Assembly: GCA_951406725.2 (NCBI GenBank)
Contig: OX597814.1
Span: 193,130,001-193,194,000 of the forward strand
DNA length: 64,000 bases
Direction of reading: 5' to 3'
Origin: Octopus vulgaris
Lineage: Eukaryota
Under the pieces are notes generated by a model that did not search any database, was not told where the DNA came from, and saw only the letters and a program-made list of their open reading frames with translations. Positions 1 through 12,767 of this stretch are shown piece by piece; positions within the stretch are counted from its first letter, which is position 1, and each line of letters begins with the position of its first letter. The translations under genes were made by a program, and so were the position numbers.

Positions 1-110
1 TGTAGACACCTAGGCACGTAGATGCATACAGACATACATGTGTACTGCATACATGCATGATGCGTATATGTATACAGAAATACATGTATACTCACATACA
101 CGCATATACA

Positions 111-549
111 CATCCACGCATGTATTCATACATGCATACATGTATATATATATACAAGCATGCATGTTTACATACATGTATAAAAACATGAATACACATA
201 TACATGCATATAGCAAACATGCATAAACACATGCATGTATATATATACAAACATATATACACAGATACATACATGTGTATATACATGCATATACATGCAC
301 AATTATGCATTTACACATCCACGCATGCATTAATACATGCATACATACATCTATATATATATATACAAGCATGCATGTTTGCATACATGTATATATATAC
401 AAACATGCATACGCATATAAATGCATATAGCAAACATGCATAAGCACATACATGTATATATATAACCATGTATACGCACATATATGCATGTAGCAAACAC
501 ACATACGCACATACATGTATATATACATGCATATACACACACAATTATG
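111..549. repeat. Degenerate ~205-bp tandem repeat in CA/TA-rich sequence
   Basis: CATCCACGCATG at 111 and 317; ACAAGCATGCATGTTT, TAGCAAACATGCATAA and ACAATTATG recur with similar spacing. Confidence 0.7.
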
Positions 550-735
550 GTGGAGCATCTCCCCACCAAATTTGGTCCGCTTCCATAGTCTGTAGACGTA
601 TTCCTTTTGTAAAATACCTTTCCGTCTCTCCCAGACGGTGTCAGTTCGTTCTACGAATTACTCCCGAAATCTTTCTCTTCATATTATACATTCATCTGGT
701 TTTAAATATATCCAGATGACTGAAGTTATTAAACA

Positions 736-773
<38 letters not shown>

Positions 774-816
774 GCGCACATATATAGACGCACGCACACG
801 CATAATATTTTATATA

Positions 817-904
817 TTAGATAAGAACTACTCCATTCTAATACATATGTATGAATGTATGTATTGTACGTATGTATGAACGCATATATATATGCGTATA
901 TATG

Positions 905-935
<31 letters not shown>

Positions 936-998
936 TCAAATATACATATGCATATACATATATATATTTATATATGAGATTAGAACTACATTATTCTG

Positions 999-1048
<50 letters not shown>

Positions 1049-1052
1049 GTAT

Positions 1053-1084
<32 letters not shown>

Positions 1085-1211
1085 GTATATATATGTATGT
1101 ATATATATATGTATATATATATGTATATATATATGTATATATATATATATATATATGTATATGTATATATATATGTATATGTATATATATATATGTATAT
1201 GTATATATATG

Positions 1212-1242
<31 letters not shown>

Positions 1243-1305
1243 GCATGTGTCAGAATAATGTAGTTCTAATTTAATATATAAATACATGAATATGCATATA
1301 TATCT

Positions 1306-1390
<85 letters not shown>

Positions 1391-1610
1391 TACATATATA
1401 TATTCATATATTAGATTAGAACTATATTCTGACACAAGTATATACATACGTGATGGTATTTTAATAATACCATCCCTTCTTATATTTATATATATACGTA
1501 TATATGTATATATATATATATATAAACACTTGTATATACATATATATACATTGATCTATATATATATATATATATATATTAGATTAGAACTACATTATTC
1601 TGACACATGT
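817..1610. repeat. (TA)n minisatellite array with 24-bp motif ATTAGAACTACATTATTCTGACAC, one unit inverted
   Basis: Motif at 979-1002(+), 1247-1270(-), 1415-1435(+), 1583-1606(+), degenerate copy ~817-845. Confidence 0.85.
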
Positions 1611-1627
1611 ATATATGTGTATATCTA

Positions 1628-1695
<68 letters not shown>

Positions 1696-2199
1696 GAGAG
1701 AGATGCACATAGATATATATACACGTATATATATACGCATATATATATATACATATACGTATATATATCTATATCTGTATTTGTACACATATATATATAT
1801 ATATATAAATAGGTGCATATATGAAGGCGAGCGTAAATGTATGCATGTGTATGTGAGTATATATGTACGTGCTCTTTATATATACATTGACATTAATAGT
1901 TCTGCTCGTTTGTTTGTGCTTGTATGAGTCTATGCCTATCTAGTTCCCTATTCGACTCATAAATGTTGGAAACAGCAAAACTAACATATTTAATTCAGAA
2001 AAGGAGAATTTTCTATAATGTTTACTGAAATATAATTTGCGACTTCATTATTTATTTATACTGTTTTATTTCAAAATGATGCCTGATAGGGAAGGTAATA
2101 TCATGGTAGGAATATTTAAACACCGGACTAAATACCTTGTGGTATTTAGTTATATTCCTCTACCTTTGGATTTGAAATATCGCAGGGATTGACTTTATT

Positions 2200-2960
2200 G
2201 TTATGAATATGTTGGTCTGCTCTTGTTGAAGAAGTTATCCACCTGGAATTGAATTTCTATGCGAGAGGATTTAAACGTAAAATTAAATGTACTGACATAT
2301 ACAAGCCATTACACAGGTCATGTAATCAGGAGCGGTGTCCTCAGTAGCTTATAACGTGGGTTGAATCGATTGAGTAATTTTAGTCTGAGACTGAGGACTG
2401 AGCATTGAAGAGGGAATTTACTGATCTTTTCGGTTTGAACGGCAGTTTTTAACATAATTTCTAGGTAACTAAAAAATTTTAAACTTCGTTTACTGGTAGA
2501 ATGTGTTTATAAAACATCTTTTTCTCTTGGCTATATTGAGAACATTCTATAGTTTGTAAGATATTTGTTGTTTTTTTTCTTCAATTTCTGCAATTTCAAC
2601 CAATCACTGACGTCTTTTGAGGTAAAAAACATTTTGTGTCGTATGAATATGTCCCTCGTTTAAGAAACAGATTGGGTTTCTTTACATTTATGAAGAAAAA
2701 AAAGATACCCTTCCCCCCACCCCTAACCCTAACTCCAACCCTAACTAACCCTAACCCTAACCCTAAAACAGATTGAAATGCAATAGATCGATACTAGGGT
2801 CATAATTATGGGTGACAATTTCATATGACACCGCTAGAAAAAACTGCCGTTCAAACAGAAAAGATCCGGAATAACTTCTCTACAGCGACAGGAAGAACTG
2901 ATATCAAGTGAGCAACTTGCTAGTTTTACAAGGCTGACACTGTTTAGAATGATGAGGTTT
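2200..2960 (-). pseudogene. Possible highly degraded hAT-type transposase C-terminus, interrupted by a MITE
   Basis: Minus-strand fragments across frames (KLAS..SVLPVAVEKLF; TK..NRFN; W-ITSSTR) weakly resemble the hAT dimerization region; many disruptions. Confidence 0.2.
2422..2867. mobile_element. MITE with ~28-bp TIRs and internal (CCCTAA)n, copy 1
   Basis: GATCTTTTCGGTTTGAACGGCAGTTTTT ... AAAAACTGCCGTTCAAACAGAAAAGATCC; CCCTAA tract ~2720-2766; near-identical to 3603-4039. Confidence 0.9.
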
Positions 2961-3602
2961 TTTTTCCTTATTGAAGTCTACATCATGGTTGCAATGATTT
3001 TGTCAGATAAAAAGCTATTGTCAGAATAATAACGATCGATTTCTCGGCTGGTTGCTGAATACTTCTGTTAAATCGCCAATTCGTGCAATCTCGTATTTCT
3101 GTAAAATGAAAGAAAAATCCCCAAAAGGTTTTCAACTATATCAAAGAAGATATACGAGTTTTCACTGAACATTCCAGTTTTATGCTTGAAAAGAAATGAT
3201 GTATTTTATCTGACCAATAATGCAGTAGTTTGTAGGCGGAATATGCACTGAATAGTACATAGGATTATAGGAATACTAGCAGTGGTTTAGCTAATAGGGC
3301 AGCAAGGGGAGCGACCGCCACCCCGTTCTGAACACATTTTTCGAAATTGGTGCCTTTTCAACATTAGAAAAACCCCAACTTTTTAGTTCACTCGTGCAAC
3401 AAATGTCGGATCTGATTTTTCTTTTTTTTTCGTTAATCACATGACCTCGGAAGAACTTTCTTGAGTCATTAATTTATTTGATCAACGGCCATGTTTTTGA
3501 ACTGTCTGCTTGATCTTCTGTGATGAGTTGGTGGCCGCTGACACCTGAAGAACCAAAACTAAAATAGAAAGATGAATTCATTGATCCAGTACTGTACTGG
3601 GC

Positions 3603-4039
3603 GGAACTTTTCGGTTTGAACGGCAGTTTTTAACATAGTTTCTAGGTAACTAAAAAATTTTAAACTTCGTATTCTGGTAGAATGTGTTTATAAAACATCT
3701 TTTTCTCTTGGATTTATTGAGAAAATTCTATAGTTTGTAAGATATATATTTTTTTTTTTCAATTTCTGCAATTTCAACCAATCACTGACGTCTATTGAGG
3801 TAAAAAAACATTCTGTGCCGTATGAATATATCCCTCGTTTAAGAAACAGATTGGGTTTATTTACATTTGTGAAGAAAAAAAGATACCTTTCTCCCCACCC
3901 CTAACCCTAACCCTAACCCTAACTAACCCTAACCCTAAAACAAATTGAAATGCAATAGATCGATACTAGGGTAATAATTATGGGTGACAATTTCATATGA
4001 CACCGCTAGAAAAAACTGCCGTTCAAACCGAAAAGATCC
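3603..4039. mobile_element. MITE with ~28-bp TIRs and internal (CCCTAA)n, copy 2; Merlin-like ends
   Basis: GGAACTTTTCGGTTTGAACGGCAG...CTGCCGTTCAAACCGAAAAGATCC; flanks TACTGGGC/TACTGGAC form an 8-bp TSD with 1 mismatch. Confidence 0.9.
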
Positions 4040-4261
4040 TACTGGACAAATGAATTAATCATTCCATAACTTGGATGTTGGCTCTGAAGTGCCTTCGACG
4101 TTCTCTCTGGCAGTTTGCTCATTATCCTTTTCTTTAATCTACTCCTCTTCATCACATACGATGGCGTAGTACTGTTGAAAGAAGGACCTCTTGCTGTTTG
4201 CTTCTGAAACAGAGGGTAAGGTGGGTTATTCTTATCTATGGGTAAGATGTTAGTCCAGCTA

Positions 4262-4493
4262 GGCGGCTTGCTGGCAGAAATGTTAGCAGGTCGGGCGAAA
4301 TGCTGAGCAGTATTTCGTCTGCCGTTACGTTCTGAGTTCAAATTCCGCCGAGGTCGAGTTTGCCTTCCATCCTTTCGGGGTCGATAAATCAAGTACCAAT
4401 TACGCACTGGGGTTGATGTAATCGACTTAATCCCTTTGTCTGTCCTTGTTTGTTCCCTCTATGTTTAGCTCCTTGTGGGCAATAAAGAAATAA
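4262..4493 (+). mobile_element. tRNA-derived SINE family A, full length (type-1 tail)
   Basis: A box TGGCAGAA, B box GAGTTCAAATTCC, central GCCTTCCATCCTTTCGGGGTCGATAAA, tail AATAAAGAAA; TSD TAAGAT(G/A)TTAGTCCAGCTA. Confidence 0.9.
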
Positions 4494-5337
4494 GATATTA
4501 GTCCAGCTATCTGTCAGAGCTTTCTGGATTTGATCCTTCAGAGGCACAGAAAATCCACTTTCCCTTCGAGGCAAAGGAGATAAATTTTCTCGTGGTTTTC
4601 GTGCAATGAGGCAGAAACCCTTTCACACAGTTCTGTCAATATTTCTTTTTTCGGAGCATGTTTTAGCATAAATACAATGTCAATATTAACGGTAGACAAG
4701 ACTGATTGGCAAATAATAGTTAGCATCAGTGTGTAGGTGTCACTGCTGTTGTTAATGTTGCTTTTGCCGATCACGTTTTAAAAACCACTTCGCTGCTAGT
4801 ATCTTTCTTTTAAAAACTGAACGTTTTCCGCTCGAAACTTTGAGTGTTCCGCTGCAAAGAAAGCCGTTCGTATATTTTGATTCGCGACTGCAAAAAAACA
4901 TTTCTTCCCGTTTTTGTTTAGTCGGGCGTTTGTTTTCTCGTTGAATTATCGCAAATCAAGTTCAACCAAAGAACATTTAAAACGTTCGAAAATTTTTATT
5001 TTTTTTCAAAATGTGACAAAAATCAATTAAATAAACTTCACTTGCCTCATAAAAAGGTTTACACGATACAACATGTAAAAATGTTATCCAATTTCTAAAG
5101 AACGTGTTAATATCCAACAACGTCAAGTTGAACCCACACGCAAAATGTCCAATAAACTTCCCATTTTCAAAATGAAGCAAGAATTAATTAAATAAATTTC
5201 CCTATTTTCTAAATAAGCTTACTCAATTAAAAAAAAATAAAAACATTTCATCCAAATTTTAAAAACATGTTAACGCCCAAATGATGCAGAGATGGCAGGC
5301 GTAAATACGACCAATCTCAATGGAAACCAATTAAAAC

Positions 5338-5377
5338 AGTAGTAGTAGTAGTGGTGGTGGTGGTGGTGGTAGTAGTG

Positions 5378-5454
<77 letters not shown>
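5338..5454. repeat. (GTA)n/(GTG)n microsatellite
   Basis: Direct reading. Confidence 0.95.
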
Positions 5455-5456
<2 letters not shown>

Positions 5457-5457
5457 G

Positions 5458-5885
5458 CTCAAATTTTGGCACATGGCTAGCAATTTCAGGGGAGAGAATT
5501 AGTCGATTACACCGATTCCAATGCCTGACTCATACTTATTTTCCATCGATCCTGAAAGGACGAAAGCCAAGTTAGAAGCTCGGCAAAATTTTGAACTCAG
5601 AACGTAAAGTGCCGGAAGAAATACTACTCAGCGTGCTAAAGGTTTTGCCAGCGTACTGCCTGAGTAATAATAATAATTGCTTCAAATTTTGGCAAAAGTC
5701 CAGAAATTTTAGGTAGGGGACTAATCGGTAACATCGACCCTAATTCTTGACTGATATTTTATTTTAACAAACCTGAAGAGATGAAAAGAAAAGTTAACCT
5801 CGGCGGAATTTGAACTCAGAATTTAACAAACCGCAAGAAATGCTGCCATGTAATTTGTCCGACGCGCTGACGATTCTGCCAGCTT
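5458..5885 (-). mobile_element. Two adjacent diverged SINE-A copies (type-2 tail)
   Basis: Reverse-complement B box (TTTGAACTCAGAA) at ~5590 and ~5810; tails CAAATTTTGGCAC. Confidence 0.8.
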
Positions 5886-5902
5886 GTTATTGTTTTGTTT
5901 GT

Positions 5903-6283
5903 GGAGGCGCAATGGCCCAGTGGTTAGGGCAGCGGACTCGCGGTCATAGGATCGCGGTTTCGATTCCCAGACCGGGCGTTGTGAGTGTTTATTAAGTGAA
6001 AACACCTAAAACTCCACGAGGCTCCGGCAGGGGATGGTGATGATCCCTGCTGTACTCTTTCACCACAACTTTCTCTCACTCTTACTTCCTGTTTCTGTTG
6101 TACCTGTATTTCAAAGGGCCGGCCTTGTCACTCTGTGTCACGCTGAATCTCCTCGAGAACTACGTTAAGGGTACACGTGTCTGTGGAGTGCTCAGCCACT
6201 TACACGTTAATTTCACGAGCAGGCTGTTCCGTTGATTCGGATCAACCAGAACCCTCGTCGTCGTAACCGACGGAGTGCTTCCA
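5903..6283 (+). mobile_element. tRNA-derived SINE family C, full length
   Basis: Head GGAGGCGCAATGGCCCAGTGGTTAGG...GGTTTCGATTCC; TSD TATTG(T/A)TTTGTTT; homologs at 38200 and 45680. Confidence 0.9.
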
Positions 6284-6526
6284 TATTGATTTGTTTCAGA
6301 GCTTGAAGCGAAGTAGTGCCGCATTAAATGAGAAATCATATATAATCTTGTTCTTCTACTAGTAAGTGCAACTCAGTGTTCAGTTTTGTTTGTTCTCATT
6401 AGAACAAACTGTGGCAATAATCTTCCGGTCGAACTGCTTGCGCGGATTCCCGTGACTCTCCCTCCCCACCCGACTCTATTATTCATATTTGAATAGGGAG
6501 CTGGAGTCATAATGAATCTTTCAATA

Positions 6527-6938
6527 GCGCAGGAGTGGCTGTGTGGTAAGTAGCTTGCATACCAACCACATGGTTCTGGGTTCAATCCCACTGCGTGGCA
6601 CTTTGGGCAAGTGTCTTCTACTATAGCCTCGGGCCGACCAAAGCCTTGTGAGTGGATTTGGTAGACGGAAACTGAAAGAAGCCTGTCGTGTATATGTATA
6701 TATATATGTGTGTGTATGTTTGTGTGTCTGTGTTTGCCCTCCCAACATCGTTCGACAACCGATGCTGGTATGTTCATGTCGCCGTAACTTAGCGGTTCGG
6801 CAAAAGGAGACCGATAGAATAAGTACTAGGCTTACAACGAATAAGTCCTGGGGTCGATTTGCTCGACTAAAGGCGGTGCTCCAGCATGGCCGCAGTCAAA
6901 TGACTGAAACAAATAAATGAGTAAAGAGTAAAGAGAGA
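6527..6938 (+). mobile_element. tRNA-derived SINE family B (CORE-like), full length
   Basis: TGGCTGTGTGGT A box, GGTTCAATCCC B box, CTTTGGGCAAGT CORE-like motif, internal (TA)n(TG)n, GAGTAAA-type tail. Confidence 0.9.
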
Positions 6939-8124
6939 GCTGATTACACAACCATGAACGCCGTCCCTATGGATGCGTTGCAGTTACTCTTTTGATATAA
7001 TTTGGTGATGTTGACTGTTGTTCTTCTGGGATTTCTCCGCTCAGCATCACTGTTCAACTCTTCTGCTACCTCTTCACAATCCGCCACGCTGTAGTCCCAT
7101 TATTTCGCCGTATTCTTTGTGCAGTATCCAAAAGGTTGCCCGTAATAGGCAGGGCACGGTTGTCACTTCGTGATTTATTTCCGAATTACCTGAATACTCG
7201 TTGATTATTTTCTAAAATTAAATAAGTTCATTGATGGTTTGGGGGCAAAGAGAACAGTATTTGACTGGTACAATATTTTACCCCCATGATTTCAAAGCGT
7301 ACTTCTTACTCAGTCGGCCTCGCATGCGTCCAAATACAAAGGTTTCCATACCGGAAACTCGTGTACAGTTCAGACAGCAGGTCTATTTCTGTGCTTGTTG
7401 CCTTGTATAGCCTCACAAATGCGTTTGATGCAGAATTATTTTCTATTTATTCCACATAGTTCTTTGTAAGAATTTTTTTCCTGCGAATTAATGACGGGAA
7501 CGAGATCTTTATACAACCTAGTTACATTAAAAATGTGTTATGTAAGATGTTAAACATTTTACTTTGTTGATATTTAAGCTAAATTCCCTCAAGATCTATT
7601 GATTAAACTTCCATGTACTATCAATTTATTAAACTTTCATGTACCATTAATTCTTTCCTCATTAATTATGATCTCTCCCCCATTTCGTGATTCTGTTCTT
7701 TTCTCTACGATGAGCATGGCATCATTTACTTTCCTTATCATCCCGTTTTCGTCTCCATTCTGCGCTCATTGCAACACAATTCTGCAGTGGTAATTGTTCC
7801 AATCTTCTGGCAGATCTGTTTTGAATTATTAAGGGAAATGTTTTATCTTGCATATATAATTGGACTAATTATTAAACATCACAAGTTACATTTAAATACA
7901 AACAAAAACCAGTTTAGAATATTTTTTTTTTAAATGGGTGATACAAAAATATTTAAAAAGTTAAATAAATATATAAAAACGATTTTATAAATGCAATTAA
8001 AATTTTGCTAATTGTGACTGTTTTAATATCATTGTATTTTAATTATGTGTGTGTGTGTGTGTACGCGTACATACATATTGTCTATGTACGTATGTATATG
8101 TGTATGCATGCACGTAAGTATGTC

Positions 8125-9575
8125 ACTATTCAGTTTTATTTCAAGATCTCTTGCCAATAGAGAAAGAACCGGTTTCTAACCCAGATCCGAGGCTCCTTCA
8201 TTGGAATTTCAACATCAACACAGGGGTATGTTTGTATGTATGTATGTATGCATGTATGTATGTATGTATGTATGTATGTATGTATGTATGTATGTATGTG
8301 TGTATGAATGTATGTATGTGTGTATGTATGTATTTATGTATGTATGTATGTATCTATCTATGCATGTATGCATGTATGCATACGCGCATATTTGCATGTT
8401 TTGTGCTATGTATGCCTTCTTATGCATATATTTGCATATCTAGACATGCTTATATATACTTAAATGATAAACTTCTGGAAAGTTTTACTGGTTTTTACAG
8501 TTCCGGTGATTGATTGGATCTGTAGTCTTCCAATTAGCTTTCTCTTTTCTGGTTTTGAGAAGCCTGATTTCCCAAGATTGGTATTTAGGCAGTGTGTTAC
8601 ATATCCCAGGGCCCCAATAATTGCAGCTATAAACCTGAACTTGTAATCTGGATAGAGTTACAGCATATTTCTCAATAGTTCGGCGTAGGTATTCTCTTTT
8701 TCACTGATCTTCAGCTTCATGTTAACATTCGTTGGGCAGCTGATTTCCACAACTGTACTCAGTTTCTCTTCTCTATCCCAAATCATTATACCAGGTCTAT
8801 CGTGTTTACATTTTATTGAGGTCTTCACTGGGACATTACACCAGTACTCCTTATTATTATGAGTGGCTATGGCTTCCACCATACTGTAGGTTCTTATTTC
8901 TTTGTCCTCGGGATTATCCTTTCGACGGATCTCGTTATACAGTTTCCTAGCGACAACATCATGTCTCATCGGTAGATAATACCGTGATGGCATTTTCGAA
9001 CACTTTATGATGTGGGTGATATCTTCCGTGTTAACTCCACAAAGTCTGCATCGGTTGTCACGTTTCACTGCTTTTCTTGCATCTCTGTCCTTCTTGTGCA
9101 TCAGATATTTGGTTTATATTTCCTGTTCTTGGATTGCAAACGCATACCCTTCAAAGTGGGAGGTAATAATCCGTTTGTTGGTCCATGATAGACTGCTTTG
9201 ATGATCAATGTTACTATCATCTCGGAGCTTTCTACTAGAATATCCATGCATGGTCTTCTGCCTATATACGTCCATCCTTTCGTCTGATGATATGTTGCGC
9301 GAGTGCCGTGTGACTTCTTTGGGCACGTATTCAAAGTTATCAGACAAGGAATGCTGCTGAAGGAATTGTCTTTCAAGTCTTCTGATGTCATCAGCCAGAT
9401 GTATGCAAACATGGTCATGGGATGCACTTCGTCACTTGGTGATTAAAAGCTGTTGCCGAAGGGATATGATACGACATTTAAAGGCATTTTAGATCGATGG
9501 TAAGCTTCTGCCACCTTATTCTCGTTTTAGGCAGAGGCAGTCTACGTATTACGGTCGTTTGGTAAGTGACTGGTT
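8125..9575 (-). mobile_element. R4/Dong-type non-LTR retrotransposon 3' portion (zinc knuckle + restriction-like endonuclease), disrupted
   Basis: Minus-strand peptides VDCLCLKRE*GGR, FAIQEQEI, CRLC..EDITHII.C, RHDVVA, RPGIMIWD..VVEISCP..K..Y, IIGALG; stop at ~8460; putative 3'UTR with (CATA)n to ~8125. Confidence 0.85.
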
Positions 9576-9889
9576 AATGGTTCTAATTCTACTTGCAAGT
9601 GTGTGGCTATTTTATCCCCGTTCGGAACGTATTAAACTTACAATTATTTTACATTGAAAGTTCAAGTAGTTAATTATTTTACAATAATTCATAACTTACA
9701 ATACTCATAAAATTTCCAATTAATTTATAAGAAAATTAATACGAGACCAAGAACCACAAAAGTTCTTTTATAATTGTACTTTCTTTGATCCATTTGATCC
9801 TCGAATTGGAATAAAATCCACACAGATAGTACTGAAGGTATAACCTTAAGGTAGAGCATCTATGAAAACTATATTGTTTGTTATACTAA

Positions 9890-10325
9890 GGCGGCGAGCT
9901 GGCAGAATCGTCAGCACGCCGGGCGAAATGCATAACCGTATTTCGTCTGCCGTTACGTTCTGAGTTCAAATTCCGCCGAGGTCGACTTTACCTTTCATCC
10001 TTTCGGGGTCGATAAATTAAGTACCAGTTACGCACTGGGATCGATGTAATCGACTTAATCCCTTTGTTTGTCCTTGTTTGTCTCCTCTGTGTTTAGCCCC
10101 TTGTGGGCAATAAAGAAATAAGAATCGTCAGCACACCGGGCGAAATGCATAACCGTATTTCGTCTGCCGTTACGTTCTGAGTTCAAATTCCGCCGAGGTC
10201 GATTTACCTTTCATCCTTTCGGGGTCGATAAATTAAGTACCAGTTACTTATGTAATCAACTTAATCCCTTTGTTTGTCCTTGTTTGTCTCCTCTGTGTTT
10301 AGCTCCTTGTGGGCAATAAAGAAAT
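9890..10325 (+). mobile_element. Dimeric SINE-A within one TSD
   Basis: Two head-to-tail monomers (junction ~10121); TSD TATATTGTTTGTTATAC at 9870-9886 and 10327-10343. Confidence 0.92.
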
Positions 10326-10926
10326 ATATATTGTTTGTTATACACTTGTCACTGCTTATACCTACAAACTTAGCAAATATTTTTTACTATTCCATGAACT
10401 GATGTTTTACGAACGGAAGATAATATTCTACTCCACCGAAATATTGGTATATATTCAAAAAACAAAAGAAAGAGGAGTTATAAAATTTTATAGCAAGCGT
10501 GTCAAGTTATATTACAAACGATTTTGAACGATATATTTTAGATTGGTATTTTGTTACGTCTCCATTTCTTCCTTTAAGGTTCTACATAATGATTATTAGC
10601 AAAGTATTGAGTTGCTTATAATGGCATCTACCCCCGCCCTTCCAACAACGAGGTTTTGCGTCGATGTTAGAAATCAATAACTTTCGTGTAACTTTGATAG
10701 ATTTTTTTCATATGTATAAATTTTGTATTATGTAATAAACGTTTGGTAACGTTTCTATTGTCTATCGTGCGCATACAAACACGTACGCAAAAACACACAT
10801 TCACGCGTCAGCGCAGACTAGATATGCATGCGTATATATATGTGTATATATATATATAGATATGCCCATCCTTTTCCCGGCAACATGGGAATTTTAATGT
10901 ATTTATGATACCGAAAATATGATATC

Positions 10927-11535
10927 GTGATGACGATGGTGATGATGATGATGGTGATGGTGGTGGTGATGGTGGTGGTGGTGGTGGTGGTGATGGTGGT
11001 GGTGGTGATAAGGATGACAGCTACAACCATGACGGTAGCGGTGGTGGTGGTGGTGGTGATGGTGATGGTGGTGGTGGTGGTAAGGATGACAGCTACAACC
11101 ATGACGGTAGCGGTGGTGGTTTTGGTGGTGGTGGTGGTGATAAGGATGACAGCTACAACCATGACGGTAGTGGCGGTGGTGGTGGTGATGGTGATGGTGG
11201 TGGTGGTGGTGGTAGTGGTGATGGTGGTGGTGGTGGTGGTGGTGGTGGTGGTGGTGGTGGTGGTGGTGGTGGTTGTGCTGCTGCTGCTTGTAGAAGTGCT
11301 GGCGGTGGTGGTGACGATGACGATGACGATGCTTATGATGACGACCAGGAGAAGGAAGTGGAGGAGGTGGAGGGTGGTGGTGGTGGAGGTGGTGACGACT
11401 ACGACCCCGATGGTTATGGTGTTTATGGTGATGACGATTACGACAGCGACGATGACGACGGCGATGGTGATGACGGCGATGATGACAATGACGGCAATGA
11501 CGATATGATAAGGATGATGACGATAACAACGGCGA
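10927..11535. repeat. (GGT)n/(GAT)n compound microsatellite with a unit repeated three times
   Basis: TAAGGATGACAGCTACAACCATGACGGTAG at ~11009, 11081, 11141. Confidence 0.9.
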
Positions 11536-11850
11536 TGTAAAAGTATTCATAAAAGTATTGTTTCCTACGACATGTCACGACGTGAATGGTATTTATTATA
11601 TAACACAAATACAAATTATTCTGTTTGTGATTACCATTTGAATGTTTGGTCGTTTCGTTTTTAAGAATACTAAACTATCAGAAATGATATTCGAATAAAA
11701 TGGAAATGTAAAATTTTTCTAATTTTTTTAGTTTTCTTTCCTTTACTTCAATACAACAAATTCTTGATTCAGTTTCTATGTTAAAATTCATATTAACGCA
11801 TAGGAGTTCAAAACTCAGAGTGAAACGTCAGCTACGATCTCTCTCTCTCT

Positions 11851-11898
<48 letters not shown>

Positions 11899-11935
11899 AA
11901 CACACACAGGCACACACACACACACACTCACTATT

Positions 11936-11975
<40 letters not shown>

Positions 11976-12169
11976 GCACACACACACACACACACGCACA
12001 CACACACACTCACTATCTGTCTGTCTGTCTGTCTCTCTCTCTCTTGCACACACACACACACACATACAAACGCACACACACACACACACACACTCACTAT
12101 CTGTCTGTCTGTCTCTCTCTCTCTTGCACACACACACACATACACACACACACACACACATACACCGCA

Positions 12170-12342
12170 TTTTAAAATTTTCTATTTTTTTATTTTTTCC
12201 ATTGTTTTCTCGCCTCAACCTTTTGTTTAGAAGAACACAGGCACGAAAAGTTGAAGACTTTCCCATTTTTCTTGAGCGTCAAGCTAATACACCTTATTTG
12301 TTGCTTCTTCACCTATCTCTGCTTTTTGTACAATTTTGAACC
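12170..12342 (+). mobile_element. Short non-autonomous element family P1 (Penelope-terminal-repeat-like), diverged
   Basis: GAAGAACACAGGCACGAAA...TGAGCGTCAAGCTAATACAC homologous to 33765-33935. Confidence 0.6.
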
Positions 12343-12375
12343 ATATATACATGCATGCATACATACATACATATC

Positions 12376-12407
<32 letters not shown>

Positions 12408-12572
12408 CAATCGACCGGCTAATACGTACATTACAAGTGCAATCTGTCAGTGGCAGAATAAAAATATGCAAGACTTTTCTCTGGTTCCAAATGTGAATTT
12501 GTGTCTGTGTTAACTACATCCCAAAGAGTGTGTATGCATCTCTGAGTGTGTGTGTATGTATGTGTGTGCGTT

Positions 12573-12668
<96 letters not shown>

Positions 12669-12724
12669 TGTATATATATATACATATATGTATATGTATA
12701 TATGCATATATATAAATATATATG

Positions 12725-12767
<43 letters not shown>

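Noticed and set aside
979-1606. CRISPR-like repeat-spacer pattern
   Set aside because: Eukaryotic context, spacers are long (TA)n tracts, orientation is mixed, no cas genes
2720-3937. True telomere or chromosome fusion site
   Set aside because: CCCTAA tracts are short and internal to two TIR-bounded MITE copies
5903-5975. tRNA genes at SINE heads (also 29335 and 37275)
   Set aside because: A/B boxes run directly into SINE bodies with tails or TSDs; acceptor stems do not close
10903-11550. 215-aa His-rich ORF (possible histidine-rich structural protein)
   Set aside because: Arises from a (GGT/GAT)n array open in several frames; no signal peptide; the paralogous inverted copy does not keep it
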